DNA of 64,000 bases from Gemmatimonadales bacterium. GTDB taxonomy: Bacteria > Gemmatimonadota > Gemmatimonadetes > Gemmatimonadales > GWC2-71-9. The notes below the pieces were generated by a model, which searched no databases, was not told the DNA's origin, and saw only the letters and a program-made list of their open reading frames with translations. The stretch covers positions 726 through 64,725 of the forward strand of contig DASYTD010000107.1 of assembly GCA_036002655.1 (NCBI GenBank), read 5' to 3'. This document shows positions 21,079 to 30,599 of the stretch, in pieces (position 1 is the first letter of the stretch; each line of letters opens with the position of its first letter). The position numbers and the translations under genes were made by a program.

Positions 21079-22305
21079 GTGACGTGTCGTGGGCCTGCGC
21101 GCGCGCGTCGCGGGCGCGAGATGGCCGAGGTCGAGGTCCTGCGCGATGCGGCGGTGCTGATCGACGACCAGCGCATCGCCTGGGTAGGGCCGCGGCGGGA
21201 TGTAGGGGCGCAGCATGCAGCGCCCGTACGAGAAGTCGAGGTCAACGGGGTATTGTTTCCCGGATTCATCGACTGCCATACGCACGCCGTGTTCGGCGCG
21301 CCGCGGCTCGACGATCACGAGCGCCGCGCGCTCGGCGTGGATTACAAAGCGATCGCGGCCGCGGGCGGAGGGATTCTCCAATCGGTGCGCGACGTGCGCA
21401 GCCGATCGGAGGCGGAGCTCGAAGCACTCACGCTGTCCCGGCTCCGCACCTTGATGGCGCACGGCGCGACGACCATCGAGGTGAAGTCGGGCTATGGCCT
21501 GGAGCTCGAAGCGGAGCTGAAGCAGCTGCGCGTGATCCGGCGCGCCGCGGCCGCGTTGCCGGCGACACTCATCCCGACATTCCTCGGTGCGCACGAGGTG
21601 CCTCCCGAGTACCGCGGCAATCGCGCGGCCTACGTGCAGCTCGTCTGTGAGGAAATGATTCCGGCCGTCGCGCGCGAGGGGCTCGCGCGCTGTTGTGACG
21701 TGTTTTGCGAACCGGGCGTGTTCAGCGCGGCCGAAAGTCGCCAGGTGCTGACCGCCGCAGCCCGACACGGGCTCGCGATCAAGCTGCACGCCGATGAGCT
21801 CGACGGGTCGGGCGGCGCGGAGCTCGCCGCCGAGCTGGGAGCACTCTCGGCCGACCATCTCGCCGCGATCTCCGATGCGGGTATTCGCGCGCTGGCGGCG
21901 AGTCCAACCGTCGCGGTGCTCCTGCCCGCGACGCTGATCTTCCTCGGCACGCGCTCGCAGGCGCCCGCGCGCCGGCTCGTAGAAGCGGGGGCGGCGGTCG
22001 CATTGGCCACCGACTACAATCCCGGAACGTCTCCCACGCTGAGCCTGCCGCTCGTCATGGCGCTCGGTGTCTCGCAACTCGGCCTACGTCACGCGGAAGT
22101 TGTGACGGCCGTGACGATCAACGCCGCGGCCGCGCTGGGTCTTGCCCAGGGCCGCGGTCAGATCGCCCCCGGCTGTGTCGCGGACCTCGTGATTGCGGCG
22201 GTGGACGACTGGCGGGAAGTGGCCTATTGGATGGGTGGGGACGTCGTAAGCGCCGTCTGGACAGCAGGTTCGGCTTGTCCCCCTAGGACGGCCCCGATAT
22301 CTTAG
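21079..22305 (+). CDS. hutI: Imidazolonepropionase
   Basis: Amidohydrolase motifs (GFIDCHTH, KLHADEL, ATDYNPG). The true start may be upstream: CTG 21046 would give [13 protein letters not shown], as there is no ATG/GTG/TTG between the hutU stop and 21079. Confidence 0.9.
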   Translation: MTCRGPARARRGREMAEVEVLRDAAVLIDDQRIAWVGPRRDVGAQHAAPVREVEVNGVLFPGFIDCHTHAVFGAPRLDDHERRALGVDYKAIAAAGGGILQSVRDVRSRSEAELEALTLSRLRTLMAHGATTIEVKSGYGLELEAELKQLRVIRRAAAALPATLIPTFLGAHEVPPEYRGNRAAYVQLVCEEMIPAVAREGLARCCDVFCEPGVFSAAESRQVLTAAARHGLAIKLHADELDGSGGAELAAELGALSADHLAAISDAGIRALAASPTVAVLLPATLIFLGTRSQAPARRLVEAGAAVALATDYNPGTSPTLSLPLVMALGVSQLGLRHAEVVTAVTINAAAALGLAQGRGQIAPGCVADLVIAAVDDWREVAYWMGGDVVSAVWTAGSACPPRTAPIS

Positions 22306-22313
22306 TCGTTCCA

Positions 22314-24791
22314 ATGTCCAAGCTTGAGCAGCTCAAAGAGAAGGCGAAAGGTCTCGAGGCCAAGGATCCGAAGCGCGCCGTCGAGATCTGGCTCGAGGTC
22401 CTCAACGCGCAAGAATCCGACGGCGAGGCGAATCCCGACCTCTCGATCTACAACCGCATCGGTGATCTCTACATCAAGCTGAAGGATCCCGGCCTGGCGG
22501 CGGACTACTACGACCAGGCGGTGGACAAATACGCCGAGCTGGGATTCCACAACAACGCCATCGCGATGTGCAACAAGGTGCTGCGCAATGCTCCCGCGCG
22601 GCAGACGACGTATTTGAAGTTGGCCAAGCTATACGCGGCCAAAGGGTTCATGGCCGAAGCCAAGCAGAACTTCGTCGAGTACGCCGAGCGCATGCAGAAA
22701 GTCGGAAAGATCGAACACGCGTTCGCGGCGCTGAAGGAATTCACCGACATCTCGGCGGAGGGCGCCGGCCTGCGCGAGATGCTGTCCGAGCATCTCAAGT
22801 TGTACGGCACCGATCCGGGGAAGCGCGGCTCCGCCCCCCGTATGAGCACGCCCTCCGCGGCGAAAACGGCCCCGCCCGCGGAGAAAGACGACCTCAGCAG
22901 GTCGGGCAAGCGGAAGACGTCGAGTCTCGTGTTTCTCGATCTCGATGAGCCGCGTGTAGCCAAGTCCACCAAAGGGCCCCTCCCCGGGGTCGCTCCGGCC
23001 AAGGCCCCGCCTCCGGTCGTGCCCGAGCCGGACGAGTCGCTCCAGATCGAGACCACGAGTCTGGTCGATGAAGCGCCGGGCGGCGTGTCCAGCGGCGGGA
23101 TGCTCGAAGGCCTCGAAACGACGGTCACCGACTTCGGTCAGGTGCGCGCGAGCAGCCCCAAGACGCCCTCGATCCGCGAGGAGCTGAATCCTGCGGATCT
23201 CGACTTGCCGCCGATGGCGGAGCTCGAGCCGACGGTTCCGGAGGTAAGCGCGGACGAAGTGCCTGGGCTGGATGATGCGGACCTCGTGCTCGAGGGCAAC
23301 ATCGATGTGAAGCCACCACCACGCAAAGCGCCCGCCAAGAAAGCGGCTCCTCCTCCACCTGCTCCCGCGGCTCCCAAGTTGAAGCCGCTCGGTGGGAAGT
23401 CGGCCGCGCCCGAGCCGCCACGCGTGAAACCGGTGGTTCCCAAGCGCCCGTCCGCGCCCACGGCAACACCGCCGTCAGGTCCGGGAAAGCGTAAGACGGT
23501 CGTCGAAGTCCCGCCGCTCGAGCTCGAGCCGGATTTCGAGACCGCGACGACGGATGCAGGGCACGACGTGGATGACGAGCCGCTGGCCATCGACGAGCCG
23601 CGGTCGCACCCGAGCTTCATCCAGACCGAGGACGTGACGTCCATCGCTCCGGGGCAGCGTCGGTCCGGGTTCATTGATTTGGGCATCGACGAGATCAACA
23701 CCGCCGGAGATCAGGCGGGCTCGCTGGTGTTCTCCAACATCGAGGAGACACCCGCGGCGCCGCGCATCGAGGAGCTCGAGTCGCGCGTCGCGGACAATCC
23801 CGACGATCCCGAAGCACATCAAGCGCTCGGCGAAGCGCTGGTCGAGCAGGGCGACCGGGAGCGCGGGATCGAAGAGCTCGACCTCGCGACGGGGGGCTTC
23901 GAGAACGCCGGCAATCTCCGGCAGGCGCGCGATCTCGTGGACGAAGTCCTGCACCTCGATCCCAACAGCGTGCGCCATCGGCAGAAAGCGGTGGAGTTCG
24001 CCTTCAAGGCCGGCGACAAGGCCAAGCTGATCGACGCGTATCTCGAGCTCGCCGATGCGCTGTTGCGCTCGGACCTTCCGGACAAGGCGCGCGCCGTGTA
24101 TGCGCGGGTTGCCGACCACGATCCCAAGAACGAGCGCGCCAAGGGCGCGCTGTCGATGCTCGCGCCGGCCGTCGCGCCGTCCGGCAAGCCGGAAGGCAAG
24201 GTCAAGGCGAAAGACGCGAAGATGAAGGTCCGCGACGAGGCCGCGCTGGACGGCGACTTCGTCGACCTGGGCTCCATGCTCAGCGACGACGAGGACGATG
24301 GTCCGCCGGCGAAAGACACGCGGATGACCGTTGCGGATGAGGAGCCCACCGGCGACGAGGAGCAGGATTTTCAGGACATGCTGGCGCGCTTCAAGCAGGG
24401 CATCGACGAGAACATCGACGACACCGACTTCCAGTCGCACTACGATCTGGGCGTCGCGTTCAAAGAGATGGGCTTGCTCGACGAGGCGATCGCGGAGCTG
24501 CAAAAGGCGCTGCACGCTCCCGAAGGCAAGCTGCGCACCTCGGAAATGCTCGGCATCTGCTTCTTCGAAAAGGGCGCATTCGGCGTGGCCGAGTCGATTC
24601 TGCGGCGCGGCCTCGACCTGCCCGCCTCCGGCGATCAGGAACGACTCGGCGTCTTGTACTGGCTGGGCCGCGCCCTCGAGCAGCAGGGCAAGAAGGCCGA
24701 CGCCCGCGACCTGTACGGCCGCGTCTTCGCCGTGGACATCCGGTTCCTCGATGCCGAGCAGCGCGTGAAAGCGCTGGCCAAGGCGAAATGA
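22314..24791 (+). CDS. Large TPR protein with a central Pro/Ala/acidic low-complexity region
   Basis: TPR-like helices at the N-terminus (IYNRIGDLYIKLKDPGLAADYYDQAV...) and the C-terminus (YDLGVAFKEMGLLDEAIAELQKAL). About 350 aa of PAPK/E-rich disordered sequence lies between them. Confidence 0.7.
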   Translation: MSKLEQLKEKAKGLEAKDPKRAVEIWLEVLNAQESDGEANPDLSIYNRIGDLYIKLKDPGLAADYYDQAVDKYAELGFHNNAIAMCNKVLRNAPARQTTYLKLAKLYAAKGFMAEAKQNFVEYAERMQKVGKIEHAFAALKEFTDISAEGAGLREMLSEHLKLYGTDPGKRGSAPRMSTPSAAKTAPPAEKDDLSRSGKRKTSSLVFLDLDEPRVAKSTKGPLPGVAPAKAPPPVVPEPDESLQIETTSLVDEAPGGVSSGGMLEGLETTVTDFGQVRASSPKTPSIREELNPADLDLPPMAELEPTVPEVSADEVPGLDDADLVLEGNIDVKPPPRKAPAKKAAPPPPAPAAPKLKPLGGKSAAPEPPRVKPVVPKRPSAPTATPPSGPGKRKTVVEVPPLELEPDFETATTDAGHDVDDEPLAIDEPRSHPSFIQTEDVTSIAPGQRRSGFIDLGIDEINTAGDQAGSLVFSNIEETPAAPRIEELESRVADNPDDPEAHQALGEALVEQGDRERGIEELDLATGGFENAGNLRQARDLVDEVLHLDPNSVRHRQKAVEFAFKAGDKAKLIDAYLELADALLRSDLPDKARAVYARVADHDPKNERAKGALSMLAPAVAPSGKPEGKVKAKDAKMKVRDEAALDGDFVDLGSMLSDDEDDGPPAKDTRMTVADEEPTGDEEQDFQDMLARFKQGIDENIDDTDFQSHYDLGVAFKEMGLLDEAIAELQKALHAPEGKLRTSEMLGICFFEKGAFGVAESILRRGLDLPASGDQERLGVLYWLGRALEQQGKKADARDLYGRVFAVDIRFLDAEQRVKALAKAK

Positions 24792-24792
24792 C

Positions 24793-25788
24793 ATGAGCCA
24801 ACAGGTCACTCGCGTCAGTCTCCGCGACGTCCAGCGGCCTGTCGCCGGCGAGCTCGAGCTGGTCGTGGCGGAGCTGCAGCGCGTCATCGCCGCCGATTTC
24901 CCGATCGTGAGCGAAGTGAACGACCATCTGCTCCAGATGAAGGGGAAGCTGTTCCGGCCGACGTTGTTGCTGCTGAGCCACCAAGCGGCGGGATGTACGG
25001 ACGCGCGCGCCGTGACCCTGGCCGCCGTGGTGGAGCTGATTCATCTCGCCACCCTGGTGCACGACGACTCGGTGGATCATTCCGTGCTGCGGCGCGGCTT
25101 GCCGACGATCAACGCGCTGTTTTCGCATCAGATCGCCGTGATCATGGGCGACTATCTCTACTCGCGCGCGATCATCGAGCTGGTGCGACTGGACGACCAC
25201 GACGCGCTGCGCGTGCTCGCGCGCGTGACGAACGAGATGACGGTGGGCGAGATGCGCCAGCTCGAAGCGCACGATAAGCTCGCGTACGGCGAAGGCGCGT
25301 ATGACAAGCTGATTCGGGCGAAAACAGCGTCGCTGTTGTCGGGCGCATGCGAGGTCGGGGCCCGCAATGCGTCGCCGGGTTATCGTCAGGCGTTGGCACA
25401 ATTCGGGATGCTGCTGGGGATGGCCTTCCAGATCACCGATGATCTACTCGACTACACGGAGCCGGAAGCGGTGACGGGCAAGCCGTCCGGCTTGGACCTG
25501 CGGGAGCACAAGGTCACGCTGCCGCTGATCGCCGCGCTGGCACGGTTGCCGGCGGAAGGGAGCGGCCGGCGGGTGGTGGCCGAGCTGATGGCTTCGGCAG
25601 AGCCGAGTGACGATTTGGTCGCTGAGGTGATCCGGTTAGTGGAGGCGGAAGGCGGGCTCGAGACGGCGCGGCAGCGCGCGCTCGATCTCGCGCAACAGGC
25701 CGAGGCTGAGCTCGATGTGCTGCCGCCCTCGTCGGCGCGGGACGCGCTGCAGGGGAGCATTGCGTACGCTGTGGAACGGCGCAGCTAG
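24793..25788 (+). CDS. Polyprenyl diphosphate synthase (trans-isoprenyl, IspB-like)
   Basis: First and second Asp-rich motifs are present (LVHDDSVDHSVLRRG; FQITDDLLDY). Confidence 0.9.
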   Translation: MSQQVTRVSLRDVQRPVAGELELVVAELQRVIAADFPIVSEVNDHLLQMKGKLFRPTLLLLSHQAAGCTDARAVTLAAVVELIHLATLVHDDSVDHSVLRRGLPTINALFSHQIAVIMGDYLYSRAIIELVRLDDHDALRVLARVTNEMTVGEMRQLEAHDKLAYGEGAYDKLIRAKTASLLSGACEVGARNASPGYRQALAQFGMLLGMAFQITDDLLDYTEPEAVTGKPSGLDLREHKVTLPLIAALARLPAEGSGRRVVAELMASAEPSDDLVAEVIRLVEAEGGLETARQRALDLAQQAEAELDVLPPSSARDALQGSIAYAVERRS

Positions 25789-25791
25789 ATC

Positions 25792-26064
25792 GTGCCCCAC
25801 GGCCCCCGTCGCCCGCTCTTCTATCTTGGTGTCCTGGCGGTAGGTTTCGTGCTGGGCGGGTTGGTGCACGCGTTCTTGCGGCGCTTCCTGCCGCAGGGCC
25901 CGGCGAAGGAAGTGTTCACGTGGGCGGTGACGCCGACCATTGGGCCGATCCACTTGGATTTGCTGGTGATGTCGATTACGCTAGGACCTATCGGGCTCGA
26001 TGTCTCGCTGCTCGCCGTCGTCGGCGTCGTGATCGCGTATCTCGTCGCCCGCTCGCTCTTCTAG
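25792..26064 (+). CDS. Small membrane protein, DUF4321-like
   Basis: 90-aa two-TM protein. Its pattern (LGGLVHAFL..FLPQGPAKEVF...IGPIHLDLLVMSITLGP) matches my recollection of the DUF4321 family. GTG start. Confidence 0.5.
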   Translation: MPHGPRRPLFYLGVLAVGFVLGGLVHAFLRRFLPQGPAKEVFTWAVTPTIGPIHLDLLVMSITLGPIGLDVSLLAVVGVVIAYLVARSLF

Positions 26065-26075
26065 AAAGGCGAACC

Positions 26076-26306
26076 ATGTTCGGCAATCTTGGCTTCACCG
26101 AAATCGCGATCCTGCTGCTGATCCTGGTGCTGTTCTTCGGTGCCAGGCGCATCCCCGAGATCGGCGCGTCGATCGGCAAAGGCATCAAGGAATTCAAACG
26201 GGGTCTCAAGGACGTCGAAGCCAGTGAGCCCCCCCCGACTCCTCCGCCGCCATCGGTGGCGGCGCCCACGGCGAACAGCGACGCGCCGAAGCGCCTGACG
26301 CATTAA
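26076..26306 (+). CDS. tatA: Twin-arginine translocase subunit TatA/E family, copy 1
   Basis: MFGNLGFTEIAILLLILVLFFGARRIPEIGASIGKGIKEFKRG is a canonical TatA TM plus amphipathic helix. ATG 26076 lies within a longer ORF. Confidence 0.88.
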   Translation: MFGNLGFTEIAILLLILVLFFGARRIPEIGASIGKGIKEFKRGLKDVEASEPPPTPPPPSVAAPTANSDAPKRLTH

Positions 26307-26318
26307 AGGCGGTGGGGT

Positions 26319-26537
26319 ATGCTGGGGAATCTGAGCGGCAGCGAAATCGTCATCCTGATGCTGATCGTACTGCTCGTCTTCGGCGCCAATCGGCTGCCCG
26401 AGGCGGGCCGGGCGGTGGGGAAGGGCCTGCGGGAGTTCAAGCGCGCGCTCTCGGATGCGGAAAACAGCATCCATCGCATGCCGTCCGCGGAGGAGGAGCC
26501 CCCGCGGGACGCCAAGCCGAAGCGCCTGGTGGAGTAG
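26319..26537 (+). CDS. Twin-arginine translocase subunit TatA/B family, copy 2
   Basis: MLGNLSGSEIVILMLIVLLVFGANRLPEAGRAVGKGLREFKRA. It is a tandem paralog of copy 1. Confidence 0.85.
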   Translation: MLGNLSGSEIVILMLIVLLVFGANRLPEAGRAVGKGLREFKRALSDAENSIHRMPSAEEEPPRDAKPKRLVE

Positions 26538-26538
26538 C

Positions 26539-28377
26539 CTAGAAGAGCGCCCCTGCGTCGGGTTCCGCCGACGCCTGCGCCTTGAAGATCTCCTTGCGCC
26601 GATCCACAATCTTAGCCCTGGCGCGCACGCCTTCCATGAATTGCTGAATCCGTGCCTGTTGCACCGCCTGGCGCAGCTGGTTGCGCTGCACATCCCGCTG
26701 GGCGAGCCATGCGCTCGAGTCCGCCAGCTTGCGCCCCAGTGACTGGACGATGAAGTAGCCGCCGTCGCCCTCGATCACGCCGCTGCGCTGTCCCAGCGGC
26801 AACCCGAACGACGCCCCGACGACGATCGGCTCCCGCCCGAGGTAGCTCGGCGGCCGCAGCCGCGTGAACGGACCGAAGCGCTGGACGTCGAGGCCCCGCG
26901 CCGTCGCGGCGGTCGTGAGATCCGGCACGCTCTTGAGCACCGTGGCGAGCGAATCGGCGCGGTGGCGCGCGGTGACTTTCTGTTTCTCCAGGCGGACAAC
27001 GGCACTCACGCGCGCCCGGATCTGATTCAGCGGCGGCACACCGCCCGCGGTCACGGAGTCGAGCCGGAAGATGTAATACGCAGGCGCCGCCTCGATCACC
27101 GGGCTCGTTTCGCCGATGGGCGCCTCGAACGCCCAGATGCTGACGTTGGGGATCACGTACCGACCGAGATTGAAGCGCTCGCCCTCGACGACCTGGTAGA
27201 CCGGCGATACCTGTAGGCCCAGGCGGCGCGCCACGCTGTCCAGCACGGTCGGGTCGCTACGTTCCGCCGCCAGCCGCTCCAGCGTGTCGGCGCGCGCTTC
27301 CACCTGATCGAGGTGCGCGCCTTGCAGCGCGATCGGGATCAGGATGTGACGAACCTTGACGGAATCACCGTTCGCCTGATCGACGCGGATCAAGTGATAG
27401 CCGAACTGGGTGGCAACCGGTGCCGAGACCTGCCCGGGCTTGAGCCCGCGCAACCCGAGCAGGAATTGCGCGTCGAAGTTCGACTCAGTGCGCTTCACCC
27501 AGCCCAAATCGCCGCCCCGCTGACCACTCACGCTGTCGCTCGACTCGCGCCGCGCGACGTCTTCGAACTTCGCGCCGCGCGCCAGCTCGCTGCGAACGCG
27601 CGCGACGTGCGCGCGCGCGGCCGCGCTGTCGGCGGCATCGGGGAGACGGGGCAGCGCGATGAACCGCACATGCGCGACTGCCGGCCGCTTGAAGTCGTCG
27701 GGGTGCTTCGCGACATACGCCGACAGCTCCGCGTCGCTGATCGCGGTGGTGTCCGGCAGGTTGTACGGCCACACCGCGAGCGACGCGATGCGCACCGAGT
27801 CATGCTGATCTTTGTAGGTCCGCCACAGCTTCGCGTCGGAAACGTAGACGTCGCTGGTGAGATACTGCGCCAGCTTGATGCGGGGGATCTGCTCGCGGTA
27901 GATCGCTTCGATCTGCGCGAGCAACTGGCGATCGGTATTGGTGGCCAGGAACTGCTGCCACTTGCGGATGTCGAATTGGCTGTCGGTTTGGAACTGCGGA
28001 TCGCGCATCACTTCGGGCGGCGGCGACGTCCGCGCCGCTTCGATGATCTCAGCGTCCGAGACGCGGATGCCCAAGCGCCGGTATTCCTGCTCGAGCAGCG
28101 CATCCTGGATCATCTGATTGATGACTTGATCCTGGATCTGCTGCTCGTCTTCCCGCGTCAGCGGCGCGGTGCCGTTCTGCTGCCGGTATTGGTCGTAGGC
28201 GATCTGGAGGCGCCGCTGGTATTCGGTGACCTGGAATTCCTGCCTATTCACCCGGAGCACGACGCTCCCGCTGGGACCGAGGATCTCCATCACTTGGCCA
28301 ACCGCAAGCCAGCCGATGAAGGCGACGGCGAGGATGTAGAAGACCCACTTGGCGTTGGAGCGCATCGTGCGCAGCAT
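26539..28377 (-). CDS. Periplasmic chaperone / peptidyl-prolyl isomerase (PpiD/SurA family)
   Basis: N-terminal anchor (AKWVFYILAVAFIGWLAVG) and a parvulin domain (GGDLGWV ... FGYHLIRV), with a SurA-like N-domain. Confidence 0.8.
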   Translation of the reverse strand: MLRTMRSNAKWVFYILAVAFIGWLAVGQVMEILGPSGSVVLRVNRQEFQVTEYQRRLQIAYDQYRQQNGTAPLTREDEQQIQDQVINQMIQDALLEQEYRRLGIRVSDAEIIEAARTSPPPEVMRDPQFQTDSQFDIRKWQQFLATNTDRQLLAQIEAIYREQIPRIKLAQYLTSDVYVSDAKLWRTYKDQHDSVRIASLAVWPYNLPDTTAISDAELSAYVAKHPDDFKRPAVAHVRFIALPRLPDAADSAAARAHVARVRSELARGAKFEDVARRESSDSVSGQRGGDLGWVKRTESNFDAQFLLGLRGLKPGQVSAPVATQFGYHLIRVDQANGDSVKVRHILIPIALQGAHLDQVEARADTLERLAAERSDPTVLDSVARRLGLQVSPVYQVVEGERFNLGRYVIPNVSIWAFEAPIGETSPVIEAAPAYYIFRLDSVTAGGVPPLNQIRARVSAVVRLEKQKVTARHRADSLATVLKSVPDLTTAATARGLDVQRFGPFTRLRPPSYLGREPIVVGASFGLPLGQRSGVIEGDGGYFIVQSLGRKLADSSAWLAQRDVQRNQLRQAVQQARIQQFMEGVRARAKIVDRRKEIFKAQASAEPDAGALF

Positions 28378-28470
28378 GGCGACTTCGAACTCCGGTCAGA
28401 AGGAGGGGTGAAGGGGCATAAGTCTAAAAACCACAACGCACAAACTCAAGCGCACAGACTCGCGGGTCAT

Positions 28471-28500
28471 TTGACAGCAGCGCCGGCCAAACGCTATCTT
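28471..28500 (+). promoter_or_regulatory. Candidate sigma70-type promoter for the TPR gene at 28528
   Basis: TTGACA at 28471-28476 and TATCTT at 28495-28500 (18-nt spacer), in the divergent intergenic region. Support is sequence match only. Confidence 0.3.
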
Positions 28501-28527
28501 CCTCCAATTCCCACATAGACTTAGGCC

Positions 28528-30141
28528 GTGGCCTATACCAGCGAGATCGACAAGCTCGAAGCACGCTTTCGCGATAACCCCAAGGGCCGAAACTTTGCCC
28601 CATTGGCGGACGCCTATCGTAAAGCAGGGCTTATAGATAACGCGGTCGACCTCTGTCAGAACGGCCTCAAGCTCCACCCCGATTACGTCAGCGCCTACAT
28701 CGTCTACGCTCGCTGCCTCGTCGACAAGAAAGACGATAACGCCGCCCTCGGCGTCTTCAAGAAAGTGCTCGAGCTGGACGGCGAAAACATCATCGCGCTG
28801 CGCGGTCTCGCCGAGCTCGCCGAACGGAACGGAAAGTACGAGGAAGAAGTCGAGTGGCTGGCGCGGCTGCTGAACGCCGATCCCATGAACGGCGATGCGG
28901 CCGAAGCCCTCGCCCGGGCCAAAGGCAAGGCCGCCGCCAGCCCTACTGCCGCGACCGCGCCGATGGCCAAGCCGGATTTCGCCGTGGAGCACGAAGAGCG
29001 TGTTGAGACGACACTCGCGGCAAAGCCCAGCGCGGAAGTCGAGAATTTCGAGAACCCGATCAGTTTCAATCCCAATGCCCATGCGGCCGCGAAGGCGGAA
29101 GGGCTCGAAGTTCAGGAAGACGTCGAGCTGAATGCGGAGCAGATCGAGCAGGTGGAGGTCGAAGGGCTCGCGCGGACGCAGTATGAAGGCAGCGGCATGT
29201 TCAAGTTGGACGCGCCCGAACCTGCTGAGGCGAAGGGCGGGCCCGATCTCGACGAGGCGCTGCCTGAGGTTGACCTGCCATTGATCATGCCGGACGACGA
29301 GATACGCGCGCCTGCTAAGCAGCCCCCCCGGCCCCCCCCGCCCCCCCCGCCCCTCCCGCGCCCGCCCCAGCCCGCGCCCTCCCCACCACCACCGCCGGCC
29401 CCACCGCCGCAGGCGAAGGCGCGAGTGCCTGCCGCCGTCGCCCTTTCCGACGATGATGGGGCGGCCGATACCGCGGCGTTGTCGCAGGCCGAGCCCGTGC
29501 TCACGGAGACGATGGCGGAGCTGTACCTGAAGCAAGGCCACCCGCAGGATGCGCTGCGGGTCTATCGAGCGTTGCTCGCGCAGCGCCCCAACGACGCGAG
29601 GCTGAAGAGCAAAGTCGAGCAGTTGTCGTCCGGTGGGAAAAAGGGCTCGGGGGTGTCGGCGCAGGCATTTCTCAAGGGCATTTGGTCGGGACGCGGGGCC
29701 GCACCGGCACCAATGGCTCCCGAAGAGCAGAGCACGCTCGCGGCCGCCTTCGACGCGGCGGGACCCCAGCCGGGCGAACCGTCGCATCCGGCGCAGGATC
29801 ATATCTCGCTCGATTCGGTCTTCGGTGAGGAAGCGGCGCGGCGTTCGACCGTCCAACCGGCTGGCACGGAACCGTCAGCGGCAAGCGCCGCGGCACCGGG
29901 GGGAGGCGCCGCGACGGACGATGGGTCGAAGACCGGCGGCTTCTCCTTCGACGAGTTCTTCCCGGGTGCCGGCGGGGTGGCGGGGGGGGCGGGGGGGGCG
30001 GGGGCGGGCACATCCACTCCCGAGACCACATCGCCGAAGGCGCCCGGCGGCAGCCGTACGTCCGGCCGGTCGCAGCGACCGCCCGAGGATGAGGCGGAGG
30101 CCGATCAGTTCCAGCAGTGGTTGAAAAAGCTCAAATCCTAG
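28528..30141 (+). CDS. TPR protein with a central poly-Pro / Gly-rich low-complexity region
   Basis: N-terminal TPRs (FAPLADAYRKAGLIDNAVDLCQNGLKLHPDYVSAYIVYARC) and one later TPR (ELYLKQGHPQDALRVYRALLAQRPND). There is a PPRPPPPPPPLPRPPQP tract. GTG start. Confidence 0.65.
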   Translation: MAYTSEIDKLEARFRDNPKGRNFAPLADAYRKAGLIDNAVDLCQNGLKLHPDYVSAYIVYARCLVDKKDDNAALGVFKKVLELDGENIIALRGLAELAERNGKYEEEVEWLARLLNADPMNGDAAEALARAKGKAAASPTAATAPMAKPDFAVEHEERVETTLAAKPSAEVENFENPISFNPNAHAAAKAEGLEVQEDVELNAEQIEQVEVEGLARTQYEGSGMFKLDAPEPAEAKGGPDLDEALPEVDLPLIMPDDEIRAPAKQPPRPPPPPPPLPRPPQPAPSPPPPPAPPPQAKARVPAAVALSDDDGAADTAALSQAEPVLTETMAELYLKQGHPQDALRVYRALLAQRPNDARLKSKVEQLSSGGKKGSGVSAQAFLKGIWSGRGAAPAPMAPEEQSTLAAAFDAAGPQPGEPSHPAQDHISLDSVFGEEAARRSTVQPAGTEPSAASAAAPGGGAATDDGSKTGGFSFDEFFPGAGGVAGGAGGAGAGTSTPETTSPKAPGGSRTSGRSQRPPEDEAEADQFQQWLKKLKS

Positions 30142-30599
30142 TGTCTCCCCACATCGCCGTGCTGAACGGCCCCAATCTGAATCTGTTGGGTGAGCGCGAG
30201 CCTGAGATCTACGGCCGCACGAGCCTCGCGGAGATCGAGCGCGCGACGCGGGAGCGCGCGCGCGCGTTGGGCGTCGAGTGCACGTGGGTCCAGACGAATC
30301 ACGAAGGCGAATTTGTCGACGCGATCCACAGCCTCAGAGGAAAAGCAGACGGCGCGCTCATCAACGCCGCCGCGTTCACACACACCAGTCTGGCCGTGCG
30401 GGACGCGCTGCTGGCGGTGCGCGTGCCGTTCGTCGAAGTCCATCTGTCGAACATTTTTGGACGCGAGCCCGAGCGGCGAAAGTCGCTGCTCGCGGATCTC
30501 GCGGTCGGTGTGGTGACGGGGTTCGGGGCCGACAGCTATCTCCTGGGGCTCGAGGGGCTCGTGGGCCATCTCGCGTCCCGCGATGTCCTCCGCCGCTGA
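30141..30599 (+). CDS. aroQ: Type II 3-dehydroquinate dehydratase
   Basis: VLNGPNLNLLGEREPEIYG, NHEGE and INAAAFTHTS motifs. GTG 30141 abuts the preceding stop. Confidence 0.92.
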   Translation: MSPHIAVLNGPNLNLLGEREPEIYGRTSLAEIERATRERARALGVECTWVQTNHEGEFVDAIHSLRGKADGALINAAAFTHTSLAVRDALLAVRVPFVEVHLSNIFGREPERRKSLLADLAVGVVTGFGADSYLLGLEGLVGHLASRDVLRR

